Source: Nanobdellota archaeon (GTDB lineage: Archaea > Nanobdellota > Nanobdellia > Pacearchaeales > GW2011-AR1). From it: a stretch of DNA of 27,474 nt. Location: the NCBI GenBank assembly GCA_038044925.1, contig JBBSZC010000007.1:1-27474 (forward strand), in the 5' to 3' direction. The translations under genes were made by a program, and so were the position numbers. The notes beneath the pieces are model-generated. The model ran no database searches, was not told where the DNA came from, and saw only the letters and a program-made list of their open reading frames with translations. Below, piece after piece: positions 17,089-24,054 of this stretch; the first letter of the stretch is position 1, and every line of letters begins with the position of its first letter.

Positions 17089-18297
17089 TTATTTAGCTGT
17101 TTGCTCCAAACCATCCAAATACCCTATTTCTTCCGGCGAGAGTTTTAATTCTTTTCTGGCTTCTTGGCTTTTTAATATGTTTTTGATTATTGGAAATTCG
17201 TTCATCGCTCTTCTAACTCCAACATGCACATATCTAGAATATTTTTCAGATATTGATTTTTTTAACAGGGTTTTTTGGTTGTGCATCCATATTTTTAATA
17301 TTCTTGTAGGCCTTTTATAGCTTGTAAATCCCTGCGAGGTTTTACTCATGTTTTTTGCAGAAGAAATTCCATAACTCAAGAAAATATTTTCATAGATTAA
17401 AAATCTCCAATACTGCTGTTTATAGATTCTTCCTTTAAAGACATCTGCTCTGCTTAGATAATCATAAGCCCTTTCCAATTCTTTTCCACTATATTCGCTT
17501 GGTATATTTTCTTCCACCCATAGAATTATTTCTTCTAGGGGCATATTTACAGAATCAAAAACCTTGAGAATTTCCTCGTCTGATTTATTCTTAAAAATCA
17601 ACCTTAGTGCATTGAAAATATCAATTTCCTTATTTCTTTCATCTATTATCTCAGGAAGAATTTTTTCTTTAGAATGAGCTAATGCTTGCAGGTCATTCAA
17701 AGCAGCTCTTATGTCTCCTTTTGCTTTTATAGATATACTAGTTAACAAATCATTATTTACAAATAAATTCTCTTTTCTTAAGGTGCATATTAAAATATCT
17801 TTTATTGTTTTATAATTTATTTCTTTTAATTTTACAACTTCACATTTTCTTCTAAGGAGGTTAAATTTTCTATCCCAGATATTATTTGCTGTCAATATTA
17901 TTGGGTATTTTGTTTTTTCAATCAACGCCAATAATTCAGCAAGCCCTCCCCTATCAACACCTGAAATTCCATCAACTTCATCAACTAAAATTATTTTACT
18001 TATTTTTTTTTGAGAAATTGGCCTTTGTTCTAATGCTGGTTTTAGGATTTTCTCTAGAGAGTCTTTATTTCTTAAATCAGAAGCATTTAATTCAAATATT
18101 TCTGAACTAGTTTCAATGGCTGTGACATAGGCTATAGTTGTTTTTCCTGTTCCAGGGGGCCCATAGAAAAGAATGGCTTTTTTTCCATTAGGAATTTTAT
18201 TAAAATTTTTAATAAATGCTTTTATAGATGCTATTGCTAAATCTTGTCCTTTTACATCTATAAAGCAACTTGGTCTATATTTTTCTGTCCAGGGCAT
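17089..18297 (-). CDS. rfcL: Replication factor C large subunit
   Basis: MPWTEKYRP (RFC box II), Walker A GPPGTGKTT, Walker B ILVDEVDGI, and a long helical C-terminal domain. It lies downstream of rfcS on the same strand. Confidence 0.88.
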   Translation of the reverse strand: MPWTEKYRPSCFIDVKGQDLAIASIKAFIKNFNKIPNGKKAILFYGPPGTGKTTIAYVTAIETSSEIFELNASDLRNKDSLEKILKPALEQRPISQKKISKIILVDEVDGISGVDRGGLAELLALIEKTKYPIILTANNIWDRKFNLLRRKCEVVKLKEINYKTIKDILICTLRKENLFVNNDLLTSISIKAKGDIRAALNDLQALAHSKEKILPEIIDERNKEIDIFNALRLIFKNKSDEEILKVFDSVNMPLEEIILWVEENIPSEYSGKELERAYDYLSRADVFKGRIYKQQYWRFLIYENIFLSYGISSAKNMSKTSQGFTSYKRPTRILKIWMHNQKTLLKKSISEKYSRYVHVGVRRAMNEFPIIKNILKSQEARKELKLSPEEIGYLDGLEQTAK

Positions 18298-18327
18298 TTT
18301 AAAATATTTTTTTTAATATATTGTCAT

Positions 18328-18525
18328 TTAACCTTGAATTAAATTGTCCTCTTTTTTATTGTTTAATCGAGTTAACCTGCTTTTTATTTTTATCATTTCA
18401 GCCATAACAAATTTGTTTTGTTCTTGGATGTATGCTAATAAATCCCTATTTAATAGTTCTCTATTTTTTGATTCAAAATCGATATATATCCTGTATCTTA
18501 TATTTTCTTCTTCTGAATAGTACAT
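18328..18525 (-). CDS. Hypothetical 65-aa protein wedged between rfcS and rfcL
   Basis: ATG-to-TAA ORF sitting 15 nt after the rfcS stop and 30 nt before the rfcL start on the same strand. It is predicted helical and charged. No family recognised. Confidence 0.4.
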   Translation of the reverse strand: MYYSEEENIRYRIYIDFESKNRELLNRDLLAYIQEQNKFVMAEMIKIKSRLTRLNNKKEDNLIQG

Positions 18526-18540
18526 AATCCTTTAGCCTCT

Positions 18541-19500
18541 TTATTTTCCAACGCCTGCTAGGACAAAACTTGCTAAAAGAGACTGAAGTTGTATGAAAGT
18601 ATCTGCGCCCTCAACAATTCTGAATTCTGTTTCACCTGTTTTTTCGATTAGTTTCATTTTAATTTCCGGCTCTACTTGGAGGTTCCAAATTTCTTTTTGA
18701 ATTGCTTTAATAACATCTTGCCCTGAAATTGATTCTTTTAGCATTACATCTAATAACTTTTCACGTGAATTTTGAAAGTCTCCTGAGAGGGCATAATCTA
18801 AAACAACTTTAATGTCTTTAGGCTTTGCATTTGAAATTATTGTAGAAACTAATTCAGGAGTTATGTCAGGAGAGATAGAAGCTGTTGATTGAAGTATGTT
18901 TACAGCTCGTCTGCAGTCACCCTCACTTCCTTCATAGATTATTTCAAAAGCTTGTTCAGATATTTTTAATTTTTCTGCTTCTGCTATTGTTTTCAGGTAT
19001 TTTTCTATGTCTTTTTTTTCTAATAGCTTGAATCTGAATATCGCACAACGGCTTTGTATAGGGTCTATAATTTTACTAGAATAGTTGCATGAAAGTATAA
19101 AACGGCAGGTTGCAGAGTAGTTTTCCATTGTTCTCCTAAGAGCCTGCTGCGCTTCTGGAGTCAGGGCATCTGCCTCATCCAAGAAAATTACTTTAAAAGG
19201 AACATTTCCGAGAGATTTTGTTCTGGCAAAGTTTTTCACTTTTTCTCTTACTATTTGTATTCCTCTCTCATCGCTTGCATTTAACTCTAAGTAATTATCT
19301 CTCCAGTTGTCTTTGTATAGTGTTTTTACAATTATTAAAGCAAGAGTTGATTTTCCTGTTCCTGCTGGGCCTGCGAACAATAGATGGGGAATATTCAAGG
19401 AGTTTGTTAAAGATTCAACTCTTTTTATTATATCATTTTGTCCAACAAGCTCGCCGAATACAGCCGGTCTATATTTTTCAGTCCATATAGAGCTTATCAT
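18541..19500 (-). CDS. rfcS: Replication factor C small subunit
   Basis: WTEKYRP, Walker A GPAGTGKST, Walker B FLDEADALT, SRC motif QSRCAIFRF, and RFC box VII/VIII-like regions. Confidence 0.93.
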   Translation of the reverse strand: MISSIWTEKYRPAVFGELVGQNDIIKRVESLTNSLNIPHLLFAGPAGTGKSTLALIIVKTLYKDNWRDNYLELNASDERGIQIVREKVKNFARTKSLGNVPFKVIFLDEADALTPEAQQALRRTMENYSATCRFILSCNYSSKIIDPIQSRCAIFRFKLLEKKDIEKYLKTIAEAEKLKISEQAFEIIYEGSEGDCRRAVNILQSTASISPDITPELVSTIISNAKPKDIKVVLDYALSGDFQNSREKLLDVMLKESISGQDVIKAIQKEIWNLQVEPEIKMKLIEKTGETEFRIVEGADTFIQLQSLLASFVLAGVGK

Positions 19501-19566
19501 TTTAAAGGAAAATTAGATAGACTTATAAAGATTATTATACAAGATTTAAAGTTTTACTCTTTAGAA

Positions 19567-19683
19567 TTATCTGCTTCTTGCTCTTCTCATTTTACGCCTA
19601 TGCTTTTCTTTTCTAAGTCTTTTTCTCTGCCATTTCCATCGCATCTGGCGTTTCTTTTTCCATCGTCTTGATGAGCGTTTCAT
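19567..19683 (-). CDS. rpl41e: Ribosomal protein L41e (38 aa; below the ORF-track length cutoff)
   Basis: Minus-strand translation from ATG (19681-19683) to TAA (19567-19569) gives MKRSSRRWKKKRQMRWKWQRKRLRKEKHRRKMRRARSR. This is the extremely basic RRWKKK-x-MRWKW signature of archaeal L41e. The overlapping plus-strand track ORF 19438..19671 is its antisense shadow. Confidence 0.8.
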   Translation of the reverse strand: MKRSSRRWKKKRQMRWKWQRKRLRKEKHRRKMRRARSR

Positions 19684-19749
19684 AAGAAAAAAAGAAGGAG
19701 GTGGTTTAAAAAGATTTGGGTTTACGTTTTATTTTATATTTTTAGTATC

Positions 19750-20295
19750 TTAAAAATAATTGCTTATTTTTAGCTTGAATTCCATCCAGAACAACCAGAA
19801 TAATAATAAAATTCCTTCTATTGTTGGAATTATTAAAGGAGAGATCTCTTTTGGAAGATAACTTATAATGTCTAAGCCTATTTTGTAGCTTGAGAAAGGA
19901 TAGAAAGGAGAAATACTCCCAATGATTGTAGAATCAAGGATTAAATGTAAAAAACTTCCAAAAGCAAGAATATAGAAAACTCTTGGAAGTTTCATATGTC
20001 TTTTTCCTATTTGTGAAATTTTAAAGTTAATTGTCCATGCAAATATTCCTGCAAAAAACAGGATTAGAGGAATAAAAATTGTGTGAAAAAATGTTCTATG
20101 AACCTGATTAAATGTAAAACCAAAGAAATACAAAATATAATATATAGCTATATCTAAATCAGGAATTACTGCTCCAATTGCTGCAATTAAAATATAATAT
20201 CTTGGAAATTTTTTATTATCTTTAATAAAAAAATCTCTAAATAATTCAATTAAAATTACTGCTGCTAGAATATGTGTTGTTGCTGTTGGAGACAT
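19750..20295 (-). CDS. Membrane-bound metal-dependent hydrolase, YdjM/DUF457 family
   Basis: Polytopic membrane protein with the family His/Asp pattern: N-terminal TTHILAAVIL, then IPDLDI, HRTFFHT and FLHLILDS. Confidence 0.7.
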   Translation of the reverse strand: MSPTATTHILAAVILIELFRDFFIKDNKKFPRYYILIAAIGAVIPDLDIAIYYILYFFGFTFNQVHRTFFHTIFIPLILFFAGIFAWTINFKISQIGKRHMKLPRVFYILAFGSFLHLILDSTIIGSISPFYPFSSYKIGLDIISYLPKEISPLIIPTIEGILLLFWLFWMEFKLKISNYF

Positions 20296-20334
20296 TTTTC
20301 CCTCTTTTTATTTTATTATTAATTTAAATAGTTT

Positions 20335-21021
20335 TTACCTGTTTCTTTGAACACCAATCTTTGGACAGTATTTGTTTATAGGACATTTTGAACACCATGG
20401 CGAAATTGGCTGGCAGATTTCTTTTCCAAACAAAACAAAAATTCCATTGAATTCTTGCCAATATTTTTTTGGAAGAATTAATTCAAGAGCTTTTTCTGTT
20501 TTTTCCGGCGTTTTTGTTTGAACCCATCCTAGTCTATTAGGTATTCTATGACAATGAGTGTCTATTGGCAAAACAAGCTCCCCAAAAGCAAATGAAAGAA
20601 CTATATTTGCTGTTTTAGGGCCTATGCCTTTTATTGATAATAATTCTTCTTTTGTTTCAGGAACTTTTCCATTGAATCTTTCAATTAATTCTTTTGAAAC
20701 GTGCTGAAGAGTTCTAGCCTTTTTTTTATAATGCCCTGAAGAATAAATTAAGGTTTCAAGTTTTTTTATTGGAAACTTCATAATTTTTTCAGGTGTGATT
20801 TTTTCATCTAAAGCTCCGAAGAGTTTTTTTGAAGCAATTTCTGTGTTTTTATCCTGAGTTCTTAAGGATAAGAGGCAAGAGATTAAAATCTTGAAGGCGT
20901 TTTCATTGTTTTTTCGCATTCTGTTTAGAGTGGTTTTTTCTTTATGATTGTAATATTCTGAGAGAGTTTCCATTATAGGAATAATATTTTTTATATATAA
21001 TTTTTCTTGATGATTTTCCAT
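20335..21021 (-). CDS. nth: Endonuclease III (HhH-GPD DNA glycosylase/AP lyase with a 4Fe-4S cluster)
   Basis: HhH motif LLSIKGIGPKTANIVL with the catalytic Lys, the Asp in PIDTHCHR, and the C-terminal cluster CQPISPWCSKCPINKYC. Confidence 0.9.
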   Translation of the reverse strand: MENHQEKLYIKNIIPIMETLSEYYNHKEKTTLNRMRKNNENAFKILISCLLSLRTQDKNTEIASKKLFGALDEKITPEKIMKFPIKKLETLIYSSGHYKKKARTLQHVSKELIERFNGKVPETKEELLSIKGIGPKTANIVLSFAFGELVLPIDTHCHRIPNRLGWVQTKTPEKTEKALELILPKKYWQEFNGIFVLFGKEICQPISPWCSKCPINKYCPKIGVQRNR

Positions 21022-21091
21022 TTGACAGACAAGATATTTGATGATTTAAACTTTCTTCTTTTCTTAATTTTTTTAGGTGTGCAGGTTCATA

Positions 21092-21248
21092 ACATATATC
21101 CTATGTAATTAATCTGATTTTATAGAGGAGAATATAGTTTTATTAATTAGCTTAAGAAAAGAGATAAGAAGAACTTTTTAATCAATTTAGAGTTTTATTG
21201 ACGATAAGGTTATATAATTTTAAGTAAAGTCAGGGGTAGGATATATGT
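21092..21248. repeat. 12-bp inverted repeat ACATATATCCTA / TAGGATATATGT (21092-21103 and 21237-21248) inside a 445-bp non-coding spacer
   Basis: Read directly from the sequence. Each arm is accompanied by a direct copy of TTAATTTTTT(T)AGG (21064-21078 and 21264-21276). GTGCAGG occurs at about 21078 and about 21363. Confidence 0.35.
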
Positions 21249-21466
21249 CCTGGTCTTATACACTTAATTTTTTAGGAAAGACTTATAAATGATTATTTTT
21301 CTAATTTATAATGGAAAATAAAAATTTCAAAAAACTTGAGGAAGTTTTAATTAACTATTAAGAGTGCAGGCTAAAATTAAAAATATTATTATTAATTTGA
21401 ATATGTATTAATCTAATCTATTAATTAAAATATGTAAATTTCTTGCTAAACAATTAAAATTCAAAA

Positions 21467-22726
21467 TTAGTCTTTGAGCCTTCCTGTTAAATCTTCTCGC
21501 GGGATTCCCCGGGCATTTATCAACAAAATTAGTTGAGACCTATTGTTTTCATAAGATTTTGAGCTTGTTAAATCCTTAATTAATGGGATTTTATTTAATC
21601 CAGGAACCCCTCTTGTAACATCTTTATACCTGGAAAATAAAGAATCTAATGCGAAATATGTTTCTCCTTCCTGAAGAACATAATTACTGCTTAAGTTTGC
21701 ATCTCTGAATATAGGAATTTGTTCTGTTGCTGTATATCCAGTTTGTTCTCCAGACTCCATTTCATTTATTTCAAGATTGATGTAACCATCATCATTTCTA
21801 TGGGCTTTGCCTATAAATTGTACTCCAGTTTTTTTGTATTCTACTGTTTTTATTAAATTGTCTTTTACAAACACAAATTGCGGGAATGGAATAGAAGACA
21901 TATTGCTCATCTTTACTTCTTGCCCATTTGATGCAAGCAGGTCTAAATCTGCAAGGATTTCAACATGCCCCCTGCTGTCTAAAAATTTTACGATGCTATT
22001 AAACTCATATCTTTGATTATCTAAACTGTATAATGGATTGCCATAAACACCCATTGTTAGACTTTTTCCATCTGAACTGCTTGGAAGATTTAAACCTAAA
22101 ATAGATTTTCCATCTCGTAATATATCTAAAATATTTTCTCTATCATATGTGTTGTCTCCAAAAAACTCCAAAAGCTTTATTTTTATTCTTATTTGTTCTG
22201 CAGGAATATCCATCTGATTTAATAAAGTTGAAAAATAACTAAAATCCCCGAATTTTTCCCTTGGTCCGGAAAAAACCACCATATTCCTCTGAGGAAATTC
22301 ATGCATTTCTATATCTGATAAATGTGGCTCGACTAATTCAATAAGCTCTTTAGGAGACACTCTGCATTTGTAAAGCAAGACCAATCCACCAGTAGCATTT
22401 TCTATATACTCTGCATTTATTAATGGAACTTTAAAAATTGTATTAGGTGTTGCATTAATTACTTCTTCAAGGGCAGTTGCTGGCCTTTGTTCTTCTTTTA
22501 AGTAAGTTCTGTCATTTACAACAACCCTTTGGTTTTGAGCATCATGTTTTTCATAATCAATTTCTATTTTTTGAAAATCTAGAGCGTCTTTGTTTTTTTG
22601 AGTGTCTGCCCTAAAAATTTCCTGATATGGGTCAAATTTTCTCTGTTTTTCTATTGAGCTACATCCAAGAATTGTAGAAAAAGATAAAATTCCTGCTAAG
22701 ACGTTTCTTAATAATCTTTTTTTCAT
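21467..22726 (-). CDS. Secretin-family protein with a lipoprotein signal peptide (Secretin_N/NolW-like domain plus secretin C-domain)
   Basis: The probable start is Met8 (22724-22726), giving MKKRLLRNVLAGILSFSTILG|C with lipobox Cys at 22661-22663. The N-domain ends in NMVVFSGPREKF...LLNQMDIPAEQIRIKIKLLEF. The secretin core reads FLDSRGHVEILADLDLLASNGQEVKMSNMSSIPF, VEYKKTGVQFIGKAHRNDDGYINLEINEMES, IPIFRDANLSSNYVLQEGETYFALDSLF, and RGVPGLNKIPLIKDLTSSKSYENNRSQLILLINARGI. Confidence 0.8.
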   Translation of the reverse strand: MKKRLLRNVLAGILSFSTILGCSSIEKQRKFDPYQEIFRADTQKNKDALDFQKIEIDYEKHDAQNQRVVVNDRTYLKEEQRPATALEEVINATPNTIFKVPLINAEYIENATGGLVLLYKCRVSPKELIELVEPHLSDIEMHEFPQRNMVVFSGPREKFGDFSYFSTLLNQMDIPAEQIRIKIKLLEFFGDNTYDRENILDILRDGKSILGLNLPSSSDGKSLTMGVYGNPLYSLDNQRYEFNSIVKFLDSRGHVEILADLDLLASNGQEVKMSNMSSIPFPQFVFVKDNLIKTVEYKKTGVQFIGKAHRNDDGYINLEINEMESGEQTGYTATEQIPIFRDANLSSNYVLQEGETYFALDSLFSRYKDVTRGVPGLNKIPLIKDLTSSKSYENNRSQLILLINARGIPREDLTGRLKD

Positions 22727-22812
22727 GCAAACCTTCTGATATAACACTTTAAAAGGATTTGTTTGCTGAAAAATGCAGAAAACTTTATATAGTTTGGAGT
22801 ATCTGTTTTATT

Positions 22813-23199
22813 ATGATTTGGAAAAGCTTAGAAAAAAGATTAAAGCAAGGTGCTTTGGTTACTGGATTGTTGGTTGGATTATCAAGTTCTGTTTCTGATG
22901 CAGATACAATTTATTATGGAAAATTAAAAGGCGCACAGAGAATTGCATATGTTGAGTTTGATGAAGTAAAGGTAGAGAGTAAATACCATAAACAACTTGA
23001 AAGATTAAGTGAAACAGATCCGAAATATACTGTTTTTGTTAATAAGAGATATAATAGCATAGTAGCAGCAATTACAGAAGTTGCTAAAGAAGAAAAATAT
23101 GATGTGGTTATTGAAAAAGGCGACCCAGATGTAAAAAATTCTACTGATATTGGAGAACTTGTCATGGCGAAATTAGAGGAAATTGAAAAAGATGCCTGA
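22813..23199 (+). CDS. Secreted OmpH/Skp-like protein, miniature form (short coiled-coil arm)
   Basis: From the ATG at 22813 there is a signal peptide MIWKSLEKRLKQGALVTGLLVGLSSSVSDA. The two ends then resemble the OmpH/Skp body: an N-terminal strand RIAYVEFDEVKVESKYHKQLE, and C-terminal IVAAITEVAKEEKYDVVIEKGDP...STDIGELVMAKLEE (compare the family pattern i..ai..vAkekgydlVld....DiT..V...L). It is divergent from the secretin with an ~86-bp spacer. Confidence 0.45.
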   Translation: MIWKSLEKRLKQGALVTGLLVGLSSSVSDADTIYYGKLKGAQRIAYVEFDEVKVESKYHKQLERLSETDPKYTVFVNKRYNSIVAAITEVAKEEKYDVVIEKGDPDVKNSTDIGELVMAKLEEIEKDA

Positions 23200-23250
23200 G
23201 CTGGTAGTTAGTGATAATTCTAAATCATGTGCGAGATAAATTTTTATCTA

Positions 23251-23291
23251 TAGTCAAGGACGATGAAATTTATTCGTTTGCGCCTTGACTA
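23251..23291. other. Strong hairpin: 9-bp stem TAGTCAAGG / CCTTGACTA with an inner 4-bp ACGA/TCGT helix
   Basis: Read directly from the sequence. It lies about 50 nt downstream of the Skp-like stop, is preceded by a T5 run, and abuts the TTG of track ORF 23292. Confidence 0.4.
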
Positions 23292-23312
23292 TTGAGGGAA
23301 AGTCATACAATT

Positions 23313-23492
23313 TTGGTCAATTATTTACGACTTTCATTATATCTATCCCCTAAATCTATTGGAGCAGGAACAATTGGAGCTTTAGGAACAAGTTTGTTAG
23401 TTCCTATGCTAGGAGTTTACTTTTTTCCAGGACTAGTCCTTTTTGGCTCTGCTTCTTCTTTGGTTAAGATTATTTCTAAAAAATTTAATTGA
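23313..23492 (+). CDS. Possible small hydrophobic Gly-rich membrane protein (only TTG starts available)
   Basis: The sequence ...SPKSIGAGTIGALGTSLLVPMLGVYFFPGLVLFGSASSLVKIISKKFN looks like one or two TM helices. There is no in-frame ATG before the hydrophobic region, and the ORF overlaps the pduL 3-prime end by 8 nt. Coding status is uncertain. Confidence 0.25.
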   Translation: MVNYLRLSLYLSPKSIGAGTIGALGTSLLVPMLGVYFFPGLVLFGSASSLVKIISKKFN

Positions 23493-24054
23493 TAATTAGT
23501 TCCCCATAAGATTTTTTATTTATTCCTGCTGCATTTGCTTCATCTGTATCGATTTGAAAAGCTAATTTATGTCTCTTTCCTGCTCTTATAATTACATTTT
23601 CAAATATCAATCCTCTTTTTCCTTTAACTCTTATCTTTACTTTTTGATTATTTTTTAGATTTAATTTTTTAGCTTCTTGTTCTGATAAATGAAGGTGCCT
23701 TTCTGCTATTATTAAACCAGTTGTTTTTATTTTTTCCTTAGAGCCCTTAATAATTATACCTTCAGAATTTTTTAAACCCCCTGAAAGATTTATTGGGGGA
23801 GTTTTTTTTAGTTTTAAATAATAAGAATCTGTTATTGAAATTTCAATCTGAGTTTTATTTCTTACAGGGCCAATAACCCTTGCTTTTAATTTCTTATTTT
23901 TATTTATTAATTCAACTTCTTCATTTGCTGCAAATTGCCCTGGTTGAGAAATAATCTTAATTGGCTTTAGTTTGTAGTTTTTCCCAAACAAGATTTCCAG
24001 ATGCCTTTTTGAAAGATGAACATGCCTTGCAGATATTTCAATTGGAATTTTCAT
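23485..24054 (-). CDS. pduL: PduL-type phosphate acyltransferase (phosphotransacetylase/propanoyltransferase analogue)
   Basis: Two PduL repeats are each introduced by the His motif: IEISARHVHLSKRHLEILFG and IIAERHLHLSEQEAKKLNL. The tail is AFQIDTDEANAAG. The gene overlaps the ackA stop (ATGA at 24051-24054). Confidence 0.85.
   Translation of the reverse strand: MKIPIEISARHVHLSKRHLEILFGKNYKLKPIKIISQPGQFAANEEVELINKNKKLKARVIGPVRNKTQIEISITDSYYLKLKKTPPINLSGGLKNSEGIIIKGSKEKIKTTGLIIAERHLHLSEQEAKKLNLKNNQKVKIRVKGKRGLIFENVIIRAGKRHKLAFQIDTDEANAAGINKKSYGELIIN

Noticed and set aside
19438-19671. 77-aa plus-strand ORF in the rfcS upstream region.
   Set aside because: It is the antisense shadow of the 38-codon L41e gene on the minus strand, whose product is recognisable. 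The plus-strand translation is low complexity.
21022-21466. The long AT-rich spacer as a replication origin.
   Set aside because: There is no adjacent orc1/cdc6 gene. I could not find ORB/mini-ORB-like repeats, only one short AT-rich inverted 12-mer and short direct repeats.
22727-22747. The upstream ATG at 22747 as the secretin start (MLYQKVC-MKKR...).
   Set aside because: Starting at Met8 (22726) gives a canonical n-region/h-region/lipobox signal peptide. The seven extra residues are possible but unnecessary, and the choice does not affect the functional call.
21467-23199. The secretin/Skp-like locus as a mis-assembled bacterial fragment (chimeric contig).
   Set aside because: This cannot be excluded without reads. 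However, base composition, codon style and promoter spacing look continuous with the archaeal genes on both sides, and there is no abrupt junction. It is kept as a caveat in the finding rather than as the preferred explanation.
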